A stretch of DNA of 64,000 bases, from the IMG/VR virus record IMGVR_UViG_3300027791_000007, positions 32,001-96,000 of that record. One strand, given 5' to 3'. The stretch is from a virus. Shown here in pieces: positions 27,914 through 37,507 of the stretch (positions are counted from its first letter, which is position 1; the number at the start of each line of letters is the position of its first letter). Under the pieces are notes generated by a model, which was not told the DNA's origin, made no database searches, and was given only the letters and a program-made list of their open reading frames with translations. Position numbers and translations under genes: made by a program.

Positions 27914-29683
27914 TTAACCTTGACAGGCGATACATTCTTCTTCTTCTTGTTTTAATTCTGAATAATCTCTCAATTTATCTAGTGCGACTTTATCTGAAAC
28001 CTTCTCTGTTTTTGATGTTGTTTCAGTCCTTAAATAATATAATCCTTTACACTCATCTTTCCATGCTTTAAAATGGGTCTGATGTATGTACTTCTTGGAT
28101 GCACCAGCAGGAAAGAATAGATTAAGTGATTGTCCTTGACACAAAAACTTTTGTCTATCGCCTGCAAGTTCTACTACAAACTCTTGTCTCAATTCTGTAG
28201 CAGTCTTATAAACTTTCTTTAACTCATCTGATAAGAATGTCAGATGTTGGACACTACCATTGTTTGTAACGATTGAAGTCCAAACTTCGGAAGTGTTCAT
28301 ATTTAGTCTATTCAATTCTTCTTCTAAAAATCCATTCTTAATTAGGTGTGAACCAGCCCTAGTTCTGTGAGTATAAGCATTTGCTTTATTTGGTTCGATT
28401 GACGGTGAAGTGCCCACAATCATTGAAGAATTTGCATTGGGGGCAATCGCAAGTAAGTGAGCGTTACGCCTTCCAGTGCCCTCCATATCTGGAGCTACGC
28501 CCCGTTCAGCACCAAGTTTCAAGGTTTCCTCTACTGCTTTCTCTTTGATATCTTTAAAGATTTTGACGTTCAACTCTTTTGCTGTCACACTTTCAAGTGC
28601 AATGTTATTCTTCTGCAAATATGAATGAAACCCCATCGCTCCAAGACCAAGAGACCTTTCTTGTTCTGCTGAATATTTCGCCTTTGGTAAAGTATCTGGG
28701 CAGTTGTCAATAAAGAATTGTAATACATTATCTAAGAAACGAATCAAATCATTAACAAGATTTGTATCTTTCCACTCGTCATATTTCTCTAGGTTCACAG
28801 ATGATAGACAACACACAGCAGTTCTTTCCTCGTTAGTAGGTAAGTGTATTTCATTACACAAGTTAGAACCATGTATCTTTAAACCTTTATCTTTCTGTGT
28901 TTGAGGCATATATCTGTTTGCAGTATCAATAAAATTAATATATGGTTCACCAGTTCTAAATCTAGTTTCTAGTAACTCTTCCCATAACTTTCTTGCATCT
29001 ACGGTTTTCCTTGCAACCTTTTCATTTGGATCAATCAAATCCCAACCCAATCCTTCTTCGACTGCTTTCATAAATGCATCTGGTACATTTACAGCGTTAT
29101 GTAGATTCAATGCTTTTCTTCCAACATCACCAGTTGGAATACGAAGCTTTAAAAACTCTTCGATGTCTGGATGTGAAATATCAATATAAGCTGCATACGA
29201 ACCTTTTCTGGTTTTACCTTGTCGGTAGGCAATCATATCAGCATCTACTGTGTGTAGAAATGGAATTGGGCCTGGAGCAATATTTGATACTGAACGAACA
29301 GCATTCCAGTGACCACCAACCCCACCACCTTTTACTGATAACCATCTTAATTCAGCAGTGTGTTCAATAAGTCCTTCTAGACTATCTGGAACATATGATA
29401 GGAAACATGAAATGGGTAATGCTTTAATCTTTTCTTTTGGTAATACTGCATTTGATAAAACTGGCGATGCATACATAAACCAATTTTTACTAGCAGCATC
29501 ATAAATTCTTTGTGCAAGTTTTTTATCTCCGAATGAATAACATGCAGCCGCTCTTGCAAATGCATGTTGAGGTGATGGTTCATCATCTCTACAATAATAA
29601 TCTAATAATAGTTTTGATGATTGGTCTGATAAATTATCATCTCTTGATAGATCAATGTTGATCCCTTGATAAACTTTAGACAT
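27914..29683 (-). CDS. nrdA: ribonucleotide reductase class Ia alpha subunit (no ATP cone)
   Basis: PISCF, GSNLCNE, IAPNANSS, KGLYYLR, C-terminal CIACQG. Confidence 0.96.
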   Translation of the reverse strand: MSKVYQGINIDLSRDDNLSDQSSKLLLDYYCRDDEPSPQHAFARAAACYSFGDKKLAQRIYDAASKNWFMYASPVLSNAVLPKEKIKALPISCFLSYVPDSLEGLIEHTAELRWLSVKGGGVGGHWNAVRSVSNIAPGPIPFLHTVDADMIAYRQGKTRKGSYAAYIDISHPDIEEFLKLRIPTGDVGRKALNLHNAVNVPDAFMKAVEEGLGWDLIDPNEKVARKTVDARKLWEELLETRFRTGEPYINFIDTANRYMPQTQKDKGLKIHGSNLCNEIHLPTNEERTAVCCLSSVNLEKYDEWKDTNLVNDLIRFLDNVLQFFIDNCPDTLPKAKYSAEQERSLGLGAMGFHSYLQKNNIALESVTAKELNVKIFKDIKEKAVEETLKLGAERGVAPDMEGTGRRNAHLLAIAPNANSSMIVGTSPSIEPNKANAYTHRTRAGSHLIKNGFLEEELNRLNMNTSEVWTSIVTNNGSVQHLTFLSDELKKVYKTATELRQEFVVELAGDRQKFLCQGQSLNLFFPAGASKKYIHQTHFKAWKDECKGLYYLRTETTSKTEKVSDKVALDKLRDYSELKQEEEECIACQG

Positions 29684-30686
29684 TTTGTTTACTCCATTGA
29701 GAAAATTTGATCTTAGCGGTCAAACCTTGATATGTGTTATCCTTAATTATTTTCGTGATTTCTTCTTTTGTCCGTCCTGCTAGTATCATATCGTTTATAT
29801 CCTTCTCTCGTACATTATCTGGCCACAAAACAACTTTGTAATCCAAATCTATTATCTTTCTAATTCTTTTTAGTATCTCAATGCCTCGTCTTTCATTATC
29901 AAATATAATTACTTTATTGTCTTTGTCTAACTTCGTAAAATCAGCACCAGCAACAGCAATACAGTTATCTAAGAACAAACTATCTATGGGGCCTTCAACT
30001 ACATAAGTTAATTTATTTTTTTGTAGTTGGTGCAGTCCATATATATTATCCTTATCTTCATTCAAACTGATAGTGATATACTTAGGTGTCTCATTACCAA
30101 ATGCTCTTCCTTGTAGAGCAAACATATTATTTTCTTCATCAAAGAATGGAATGACCAACCGTGGGTGGTCTCCACCTAAAGATGAAAACTTATTAGGAAT
30201 TAAAGTATTAACCCATGTAAAAAACTTAGGTGCATAAAACAATTCAAAATGTTTATTAGTGGGTATCTTACGACTTTCTACCCATCTCTTAACTGGATGA
30301 TTAAATCCAAGTTGAGAAATCTTTTTAAGTTTAGTCAGAGGAGGCATACCCTCTTTAGTTCTCCTCATAAACTTAGGTTTTTGGAACTTACCTATATCAT
30401 ACTCTTCTTTGTCTGGAGTCTTTTTGTAAGTCTCTAGTATATAGTCTTTATGAACGCTCTCATCGACAAAAGATAGGAAATTTTTTAAACTTTTTCCAAC
30501 CCCACAGTTGTGACACTTGTACACAAGGTTTTGTTCCTTACGGAATATGAAACCTCTTGCTTTAGTTGTAGATTTATGAGAATCGCCACAATATGGACAT
30601 CTAAAATTCCAGAGAAAATCCCCCTTCTTTTTAAACTGTGATAATTGGCTAGATATAATATTGACGTATTTAATTTCATTGAACAT
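29676..30686 (-). CDS. gp61: DNA primase gp61 (start revised to MFNEIKY)
   Basis: FRCPYCGDS...YKCHNCG, QGRA, VEGPIDSLF, DNERR, KDINDM. Confidence 0.95.
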   Translation of the reverse strand: MFNEIKYVNIISSQLSQFKKKGDFLWNFRCPYCGDSHKSTTKARGFIFRKEQNLVYKCHNCGVGKSLKNFLSFVDESVHKDYILETYKKTPDKEEYDIGKFQKPKFMRRTKEGMPPLTKLKKISQLGFNHPVKRWVESRKIPTNKHFELFYAPKFFTWVNTLIPNKFSSLGGDHPRLVIPFFDEENNMFALQGRAFGNETPKYITISLNEDKDNIYGLHQLQKNKLTYVVEGPIDSLFLDNCIAVAGADFTKLDKDNKVIIFDNERRGIEILKRIRKIIDLDYKVVLWPDNVREKDINDMILAGRTKEEITKIIKDNTYQGLTAKIKFSQWSKQNV

Positions 30687-30692
30687 AGTATG

Positions 30693-30721
30693 ACTATACA
30701 CCAAAAACTATGCAGAGTCAA
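30693..30721 (-). promoter_or_regulatory. sigma70-like promoter; leaderless primase mRNA
   Basis: TTGACT-17-TATAGT, then 6 nt, then ATG. Confidence 0.6.
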
Positions 30722-30724
30722 GTA

Positions 30725-30883
30725 CTATTTTGAATTTTGTTGATTAAAAAGTTCAAACAGTGTCTTAACCTTCTCACCAAGTACAATTATAGCGTAATGC
30801 ATCTTTGCAAGTACTATTACCAATGTAACAAACCCAACTAATATGGGCCATAGTTTGATGAGCAACTCGAAAGAATCTGCCAT
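30725..30883 (-). CDS. small membrane protein (52 aa)
   Basis: MADSFELLIKLWPILVGFVTLVIVLAKMH...EKVKTLFELFN. Confidence 0.6.
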   Translation of the reverse strand: MADSFELLIKLWPILVGFVTLVIVLAKMHYAIIVLGEKVKTLFELFNQQNSK

Positions 30884-30890
30884 GTTTTTC

Positions 30891-31322
30891 CTATAAATTT
30901 AAATTTATTAACTTATGTAAAATAAAACCAGCAACAATAGAACCACCAATTAGTACATGTCTCCACTTCTCCAGAACACCCACTCTGTCGTTAATATCAC
31001 TCTTTAATGTATTAATCTTCTCTGTTTGTTCTGTATGTTGTTTAGACATTAAATCCATTGTTTCTCTACTCTGATCAGATATCCTCTTATGTAAAAGTTG
31101 TATCTGTTCTGAAAAGTCATTTCTTCTGGATTCTATCGCTTTATTTAATTCTGTCTGTTCTTCTTCTTGTCTGGATAATTTCTCTTCGTGTACAGCAAGC
31201 ATACGATTTATGCTGTTAGAAACATCTGAAATTTTGTTTATTGCTGTATCTAATCTCAAATGTATTTGTTTGATATCAGATATCTCTTTTTTTAGGATTT
31301 CAACCTCTGTTTCTAAGCTCAT
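30891..31322 (-). CDS. coiled-coil protein with C-terminal TM
   Basis: MLAVHEEKL...LEKWR.VLIGG. Confidence 0.75.
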   Translation of the reverse strand: MSLETEVEILKKEISDIKQIHLRLDTAINKISDVSNSINRMLAVHEEKLSRQEEEQTELNKAIESRRNDFSEQIQLLHKRISDQSRETMDLMSKQHTEQTEKINTLKSDINDRVGVLEKWRHVLIGGSIVAGFILHKLINLNL

Positions 31323-31548
31323 TTAATTCTCTCTCTAATCTATTTAACCTCTTTGTGAGATTGGGGAATTTTTTCATCTGTTTCTCTTCAACTGTCGCTA
31401 TCTTAATATCATATCGTTTCGCTGCCCAATTATATACTCTTTCTACTTTAGCATAAAACCACAATCCAAATTTAGTTTTCTTAAACCATTCGGCAGATGC
31501 ATCTCCAATAACTGCACCAGCAATCGCTTTGAATAGGAAAAACCACAC
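31300..31548 (-). CDS. hypothetical protein
   Basis: In late operon. Confidence 0.6.
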   Translation of the reverse strand: MWFFLFKAIAGAVIGDASAEWFKKTKFGLWFYAKVERVYNWAAKRYDIKIATVEEKQMKKFPNLTKRLNRLERELNELRNRG

Positions 31549-31772
31549 TATTCAATCTCCAATATCTTAATTGGGTGTATGTCATCACCCACTCTTTCTA
31601 TTTGTAACTTACCTTGTTTACACACCCACCTAGGCCCATTCGCACCTTGGTTTCTTTTTATTATTCTTTTTACTTTCAAACACTCACCTAGTGTTTCTCT
31701 AGGTGTGAACTCTGTTGGTTTTATATCACCAGACATGAACATCATCAATACAAATCCACTGAAAATTTCCAT
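31548..31772 (-). CDS. hypothetical protein
   Basis: In late operon; CLKVKR...WVC. Confidence 0.6.
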   Translation of the reverse strand: MEIFSGFVLMMFMSGDIKPTEFTPRETLGECLKVKRIIKRNQGANGPRWVCKQGKLQIERVGDDIHPIKILEIE

Positions 31773-31782
31773 CTCTTTCTTC

Positions 31783-32187
31783 CTATTTTATTTGTCCAAT
31801 CTTGTCTTTTAATTTATCAAGATTTCCTTCTAGTTTTTTAATTCTTGTTTCATAAAAATCTAGAGTTAGTTTTTGTTGTTGATCATAAGGGGCCTTGCCG
31901 GTTTCTATATTTTGTGTAAGTTTTTCCAACTGTCCAGCAATATGCTCAATTAACATAAATTGTTCTGCATCAGCAGGTAAAGAACCCATATCACCTCTAG
32001 GCCATTTAATACGAAACTCTGTATTCTTTTCTAAATCAGATGTCATCAAGGTCTGTTCCGTTTCAATAGAATTTAGTCTTTCTATGATACCGAAATAAGC
32101 CCAAGTTGCTACTGCAACTGCTATGATGATTGACACCATATTTCTAATGGGCATTGCTACATTAGTATTATCTGAAATCTCTGCCAT
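31783..32187 (-). CDS. membrane-anchored hypothetical protein
   Basis: N-terminal TM; EFRIKWPRG...LPAD.EQFMLIE. Confidence 0.7.
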   Translation of the reverse strand: MAEISDNTNVAMPIRNMVSIIIAVAVATWAYFGIIERLNSIETEQTLMTSDLEKNTEFRIKWPRGDMGSLPADAEQFMLIEHIAGQLEKLTQNIETGKAPYDQQQKLTLDFYETRIKKLEGNLDKLKDKIGQIK

Positions 32188-32207
32188 TTACAATCGCCTC
32201 TCCATAC

Positions 32208-32215
32208 TATTTATA
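32208..32215 (-). promoter_or_regulatory. late promoter TATAAATA
   Basis: Exact motif upstream of a GGAGAGG SD. Confidence 0.75.
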
Positions 32216-32218
32216 AGT

Positions 32219-32275
32219 TGTCAATCTTTTGACAGTCACTTAAATTTGACATAAACCAAAATATGAATTTTGACA
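32219..32275. repeat. TGTCAA/TTGACA inverted and direct repeat cluster
   Basis: TGTCAA at 32219; TTGACA at 32229, 32246, 32270. Confidence 0.6.
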
Positions 32276-32752
32276 CTACTCTTTTGCAGAGGCAGGCCAT
32301 CTTCCAAACATTCTTACTGCATAATACGAGGCATAGATTTTCAAACTAGATACCTCTGGTTCAGCAGATTTCATACCATCTAAGAATACACGATCTGAAA
32401 GATACCTTGCTCTTTTCCATGTTTTCTTATCTACCTTACCACCACCATGCCACCAGAAATGTCTAAGTTTTGCATATAGATGATCGTGGATTACAGCTGC
32501 TCTTGCAACATCCCACGGTGAAATAAAGGCCCAGATTGCTCTTGGAACAGAGGCAAGGTCAGTTTTCATACCTTTACCACATGATACTCTGCCTGTACCT
32601 TTACCAGTATCGACTACACTTGCGCCACACTGTGACAAAATTGCAACATCAGCATCGTTTAGTTCTTCGCTTTCAAATGATAATTGTTTTTCTAAAACCC
32701 AACTTTTAGGGGGTGTAAATTCAGCAACTAATTTACCATTAAACTTTCCCAT
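32276..32752 (-). CDS. DUF1353-family protein
   Basis: TDLASVPR...AAVIHDHLY...SDRVFLDGM...YYAVRMFG. Confidence 0.8.
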   Translation of the reverse strand: MGKFNGKLVAEFTPPKSWVLEKQLSFESEELNDADVAILSQCGASVVDTGKGTGRVSCGKGMKTDLASVPRAIWAFISPWDVARAAVIHDHLYAKLRHFWWHGGGKVDKKTWKRARYLSDRVFLDGMKSAEPEVSSLKIYASYYAVRMFGRWPASAKE

Positions 32753-32754
32753 AG

Positions 32755-33126
32755 TTAGTCCTTTCCCTTTGGTTCATCCGTTACAGCTTTCTGATAATAG
32801 ATGATTATTTCTTTTTGTTGTTCAATATATCTTCTCAACTCTGCCATGTCTAATGCCAAGTTCTCATATGATGGAACAGACACAGCGTAAAAAACGTAAT
32901 CACCATTTTCTTTCGTAAACTTCTCTTTAAACTCTTCGTAGTTTTTTTCCGTAACCACATAGAATTTAACTGGAAGCATTTTAACTGGTTTAGGCATAGG
33001 TTTTACATCTATTACTGGTTTAACAACCTTAGTAATAGTTACTATTTCCTTTTCAGGCATCCAACTACAACTACTTAGTAGTAGTAATAGACTCAAACAT
33101 GTCAAGAACCTTTTGAGATGCATCAT
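32755..33126 (-). CDS. lipoprotein, probable o-spanin
   Basis: Lipobox LLLSSC; Pro-rich segment; overlaps the upstream TM/coiled-coil gene. Confidence 0.7.
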   Translation of the reverse strand: MMHLKRFLTCLSLLLLLSSCSWMPEKEIVTITKVVKPVIDVKPMPKPVKMLPVKFYVVTEKNYEEFKEKFTKENGDYVFYAVSVPSYENLALDMAELRRYIEQQKEIIIYYQKAVTDEPKGKD

Positions 33127-33451
33127 TTATCCTTTTTTGTGTTTCTTCTGGTTTGTTAAGAGATGCGGCTGGTAAATCTATTTTACTTAGTTTTTTCCTA
33201 AGTGTATTACCATATTTCTCTGCATCTATTAACTTTGAAGATAATTCTTTATTCAATTTACTTTGTTTTTCAAAGTTGTCTGTCATTGCTTTTATAGTCT
33301 CTTGGTTCTGTTGGTTTGCTACTTCTAGTTTTGCATTACTATCACGCAATACACCAAGTCTCTGTTGTGTGTCATTGTAGTAATAATATGCACCATAACC
33401 CACACCAGCGAGTAAACCCATAACTATTAACAATCCATATACTTTTATCAT
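33071..33451 (-). CDS. probable i-spanin
   Basis: N-terminal TM followed by coiled coil; late promoter upstream. Confidence 0.7.
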   Translation of the reverse strand: MIKVYGLLIVMGLLAGVGYGAYYYYNDTQQRLGVLRDSNAKLEVANQQNQETIKAMTDNFEKQSKLNKELSSKLIDAEKYGNTLRKKLSKIDLPAASLNKPEETQKRINDASQKVLDMFESITTTK

Positions 33452-33467
33452 ATTTTACCTCTCGTAC

Positions 33468-33475
33468 TATTTATA
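33468..33475 (-). promoter_or_regulatory. late promoter TATAAATA
   Basis: Exact motif upstream of a GAGG SD. Confidence 0.75.
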
Positions 33476-34535
33476 AAGTTTCTTTTCTTCTGGCGGTCAA
33501 GTTTTTTTGTGTACCACACTGTGAATAACATTGTCTTATATTATTTTTTGGGTCATTACTCCATAGTAATTCTATATAATCTCCTTGTTTTTTATATTCA
33601 TTTATTATCTCATCCCAATCATATTTTCTTAAATCTATTTTCATGTTTTTTAAAATTTGTACATGTTTAGCTTTATGCCCAACATGGTTTGGATTGTATT
33701 TAGATGCAAATTGATAATTACCCCACCAACAACAAGGTAAAACATCTCCATCACATGATACAAATAATTCCTCTTTTTTTTGTGATTGGCACAATATTCC
33801 AGATCCAGATGCATCCCAAGTTGATTCTGTCCATTTCTTTAATTCATTATTTTGTGGAACATAACTTGGTGTTCCACCAAATTTATCTAACATTTGTTGT
33901 TGAATCTTTTTTACTGGTGGTACTCTTGGTTCTCTTATTATACCATCTTCTAAAACGGTACGATTATTTCTTCTAAGTTCAAATTTTTTAAACCCCATCT
34001 TTTTTGCAAGTTCTCTTGCCTCATCTATTTGATGTTCGTTATGTTGAAATGCTATAAATACCCACTCTGCTCTACCACCATTATCTATAAATGTTTGTGC
34101 ATTTTTAATAATCGCATCAAAATTAGTATTTCTTCTATATAAATGATTTGTATCTCTCAACCCATCTATACTAAATCTTACATGACTCTTTCTTCTTGTC
34201 ATGGTTTTTGCAAGTTTTGTCCACCACTCTGTATTTCGCAAAGAACCATTTGTTACGACATGTATCTTACATTCAAATTGTTCTATGTATTCTACTATAT
34301 CTATGAGTTTGGGATGAATTGCTGGATCACCATAATTACCACAAAAATTAACACGCTCCATAGTTTCCCAAGGGATCTTTTTAAGAGTCTCTAATTGCAA
34401 ATCTATCCAACCAGAGTTCTCTATAAATTCTGTAACACCACTAGGTCTACTAGATGTTCTTCCACAAAGAGGACATCCAGCATTACACCTATTAGTAAGT
34501 TCTATATGAAGTTTTTTAATATCACTTTTTATCAT
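33471..34535 (-). CDS. radical SAM protein with C-terminal SPASM/Twitch domain
   Basis: CNAGCPLC, FCGNYGDP, TNGS, FSIDG; C...GDVLPCC...CYSQC. Confidence 0.88.
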   Translation of the reverse strand: MIKSDIKKLHIELTNRCNAGCPLCGRTSSRPSGVTEFIENSGWIDLQLETLKKIPWETMERVNFCGNYGDPAIHPKLIDIVEYIEQFECKIHVVTNGSLRNTEWWTKLAKTMTRRKSHVRFSIDGLRDTNHLYRRNTNFDAIIKNAQTFIDNGGRAEWVFIAFQHNEHQIDEARELAKKMGFKKFELRRNNRTVLEDGIIREPRVPPVKKIQQQMLDKFGGTPSYVPQNNELKKWTESTWDASGSGILCQSQKKEELFVSCDGDVLPCCWWGNYQFASKYNPNHVGHKAKHVQILKNMKIDLRKYDWDEIINEYKKQGDYIELLWSNDPKNNIRQCYSQCGTQKNLTARRKETL

Positions 34536-35580
34536 TCTCTAAACCATAATCGCTTCTATTCATTATCATATACATTTTTTCTGCAAGTAAATTACCGACA
34601 ACATAATCTTGTAAATAATGAAATCCAGCTAAAACTCTACCATATCCACATTCTTTTGCAGCTTCAATGATACCTTTTCTATGTTCTGGAAATTTATTAG
34701 ATATATACAATGCAACTAACATAGATTGTGTTGCATGTCCACTAGGATAACTCTTAGTTTTATTAGTTGTACTTGCCATTGGTTTAATTTCGTTATCATG
34801 ATCAAAAGGTCTTTTTAAGTCAAAAATTTCTTTAAAATATTTGATTGTTGGTCTTGCCTGCTGAACTATATCTATCATCTCATTTTCGTGAAATGACATA
34901 CCGTGTTCAAGTAAATATTGCTCAATCGCATAATAAGTCTGTTCATCATGGTTAGCAATAGACTCTTCATCTTTGTCTGTTCTTTTTGCCATAAGGGATT
35001 TTAATTTTAATACTTCCTCATCCAGATCAGTGTTGGGTTCTGGTAATGTTATTTGAAGGTGTAAGTCTTTTGGAAAAAACTCCATTGCTTCATTAAAACT
35101 TTCAAACTTTAACTTAGGCCCAGAGGTTTTAAAATCTTTCTTTCTCATTACTGTCTTTGCAACAAGTTCTAACTCTCCACCCTTTAGGTTTAATACAAAC
35201 GGCATATTGATATCAGTTTTCATATCATTGATAACTGCTTCTGCATCAGGCCCTAGTTGTGCGATAGTCTTACCAAATTTCTTGTGTGACTGTTTGAATA
35301 GTCTAGTAAGTTCTGCTGGTGTGATTTGTTTATTGTTTCTCGCATCATTTACTCTGTCTAAGAAATGTCGTGTAAACTCTACGTCAATACCAAGAGATGC
35401 AAATATTCTATCTGCATACTTCTCTATTTGATCTAAATCGGATTTCTTTAATGGTTTTTCTGATTGTGCATTTAAATTAATGATTGGAACATAGGTATCT
35501 AACCCAGGCCCAAGGCTACCATCTTTATAAGATACACCAGACAAAGACTCTTTAATATGTGTTCTAAAATCACGAGGCAT
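34522..35580 (-). CDS. fusion of a RegB/BECR-like domain and a PAP2 phosphatase
   Basis: PAP2 motifs K.IFDLKRP, SYPSGH, RVLAGFHY.QD; N-domain FTRHFLDRV; start revised to MPRDF after a GAGG SD. Confidence 0.7.
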   Translation of the reverse strand: MPRDFRTHIKESLSGVSYKDGSLGPGLDTYVPIINLNAQSEKPLKKSDLDQIEKYADRIFASLGIDVEFTRHFLDRVNDARNNKQITPAELTRLFKQSHKKFGKTIAQLGPDAEAVINDMKTDINMPFVLNLKGGELELVAKTVMRKKDFKTSGPKLKFESFNEAMEFFPKDLHLQITLPEPNTDLDEEVLKLKSLMAKRTDKDEESIANHDEQTYYAIEQYLLEHGMSFHENEMIDIVQQARPTIKYFKEIFDLKRPFDHDNEIKPMASTTNKTKSYPSGHATQSMLVALYISNKFPEHRKGIIEAAKECGYGRVLAGFHYLQDYVVGNLLAEKMYMIMNRSDYGLENDKK

Positions 35581-35596
35581 TGTAAATCCTCTACTG

Positions 35597-36103
35597 TTAC
35601 TTTGCAACTTTAAAAGCGATATTTTGTAGTTTCAGAAAATCACCTTTCTTACCGTTCATCATAGGTTTTAACTTTGCTTTATTAACATCATTAACCTTAT
35701 CATAAACTTGTGTAATTACGGATGCTGTCATCAAGTCGCATTTCATAGTTCCATCTTTGAACTTTAAATTTTTAGCCTGTTTACTCTTTACGATTGATCT
35801 CATCACATCAAGATTTTCTTCTGCAAGAAGAGACTCGATACCAAACTCTTGAACACTTGCAATAACACTACTTTGAAAAGAACCCTCTCTCATGGATTTC
35901 TTTTCTCTTTTCATTTGCAATTGTTTTGCATGAGCTCTATATGCTTTTGTTCTTGCATCTAAAAGACTTTTCTTTTTCTTTTTCTTCATCATAGCATCAG
36001 GCGGCATAGCAACTCCACCAGCAGCATTACTGTTAGTTGGAGCATCTTCTTCTATGTTGTTGCCTGTGTATGGATCTACTTCTGTATATATTTTATTTGG
36101 CAT
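35597..36103 (-). CDS. hypothetical late protein
   Basis: IEEDAPTNS motif; charged sequence. Confidence 0.7.
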   Translation of the reverse strand: MPNKIYTEVDPYTGNNIEEDAPTNSNAAGGVAMPPDAMMKKKKKKSLLDARTKAYRAHAKQLQMKREKKSMREGSFQSSVIASVQEFGIESLLAEENLDVMRSIVKSKQAKNLKFKDGTMKCDLMTASVITQVYDKVNDVNKAKLKPMMNGKKGDFLKLQNIAFKVAK

Positions 36104-36710
36104 TTTTAATATCCTCTACACTTACATATATTTTTTCTTGGGTTCTAATATGAATAACTGGAAATATCTCAACACCCAAAACTGTATCAATAGGTGGTTC
36201 GTCATCATATGTGATAACCTTATCACCTTTTTTAGCAGTTAATTCTTCTTCTTCTTTATTTAGTATATCGTTGATTAGCACATATTCACCTTTGGGTAAA
36301 ACCTCACCAAAACCGGCAATCTCTTCTGAAATTGTATCGTCCAACTGTATTTCGTTCTCATGTAAAAATTTGATAAACTCTTTTTCAAACATATCTTTAT
36401 CATCAACAGATTCTTTGAATGTATCTTTTAGTAGAAACAACGCTGCAGCATATGTACCAACCTTACTTCTAAGTCCAGGCACTTTGTTAAAAATCTTTTT
36501 GATGTTGAATACAAGTTTGTGTAGAATAGTATATGCATTTTTTTCTTGTGATGAAACCAAGGGAACTTGTGGTTTCTTTGCTTTATCTTGCATAATACGA
36601 TTGCCCTTTTCGTCAATGATACCCAACTTATAAGCATCAGTGTCCTCAAAGGGTGTTGTTAGTAACCGTAAAAATCTATACGTTACAAATAGGTCTATCG
36701 CTCTTCCCAT
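36093..36710 (-). CDS. conserved T4-like hypothetical protein
   Basis: DLFVTYRFLRLLTTPF...AYKLGIIDEKG...LVFNIKK. Confidence 0.75.
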   Translation of the reverse strand: MGRAIDLFVTYRFLRLLTTPFEDTDAYKLGIIDEKGNRIMQDKAKKPQVPLVSSQEKNAYTILHKLVFNIKKIFNKVPGLRSKVGTYAAALFLLKDTFKESVDDKDMFEKEFIKFLHENEIQLDDTISEEIAGFGEVLPKGEYVLINDILNKEEEELTAKKGDKVITYDDEPPIDTVLGVEIFPVIHIRTQEKIYVSVEDIKNAK

Positions 36711-37072
36711 TATAGTTCCTCTAGTTTTTCTAGAACAAAAGAATCTGTTTCTATAATCTTTAGTTCATCTTCTCTAATTATATTTAGGTAAATACAAAAC
36801 GCCTTTAGTGCAGATAAGTGTTCGTGTTGTATTTTGTGTATAAGAAGAGTTGCACAGGCTTCTGGGCCAAATACATTTGATAAGACTATAATGTGATTGA
36901 TTAGTAGACGTTCTTTTAAAATACCACTTTCATAGTATTTTCTTAGAAGCCTTTTAATATATTTAAATCTTTTCAGATCGTCTTGAAATTCTTTTTCACC
37001 TTCGCAATGTGGGTTGTTGTAATGCCTTATGGCATACATCATTACATTTTCAGGCGTTATCTTTTCATACAT
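36710..37072 (-). CDS. conserved T4-like hypothetical protein
   Basis: YAIRHYNNP.C...EF.DDLKRFKYIKRLLRKY...ERLLINH. Confidence 0.75.
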   Translation of the reverse strand: MYEKITPENVMMYAIRHYNNPHCEGEKEFQDDLKRFKYIKRLLRKYYESGILKERLLINHIIVLSNVFGPEACATLLIHKIQHEHLSALKAFCIYLNIIREDELKIIETDSFVLEKLEEL

Positions 37073-37075
37073 GTA

Positions 37076-37507
37076 CTATACAATGGAAGCGTATAGTTTA
37101 CATGAATTATTTCTTCCTACCATTTCATAATCCACTTTCAACTTCAATCCACCCTCTACCATGTGAGAAATCCCATCATCGTCTAAAAACTCATCAAATG
37201 GTGTATTCTCATCTTTACCAAATCTTCCACCCATCTTATTAAGTTGAAGTTCAAATGAACCACTCTGTTCACTCATACTTGGTGTTGCTTCCATACCAAG
37301 ACCAACAGCTGCTAATCTATTTCTTAAAGTATTAAGAGCGTGTTCTGGTAAAATAAATTCTTGATTTCCTATCAGTCCAACAAATGCATTAAGTCTTTTT
37401 ACGACTTCTGGATTTCCTAGTTCGGCAGGATTAATATCTAAATCCACAGCAACATTATGGTGCATATTATTGTGAACTTCTTTTATGTGTTGTTTAAAAC
37501 TTTTCAT
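37076..37507 (-). CDS. putative internal virion protein
   Basis: N-terminus MKSFKQHIKE resembles the T4 capsid-targeting sequence. Confidence 0.65.
   Translation of the reverse strand: MKSFKQHIKEVHNNMHHNVAVDLDINPAELGNPEVVKRLNAFVGLIGNQEFILPEHALNTLRNRLAAVGLGMEATPSMSEQSGSFELQLNKMGGRFGKDENTPFDEFLDDDGISHMVEGGLKLKVDYEMVGRNNSCKLYASIV

Noticed and set aside
30687-30704. GTG start for the primase
   Set aside because: It lies within the promoter, upstream of the -10; ATG 30686 is preferred.
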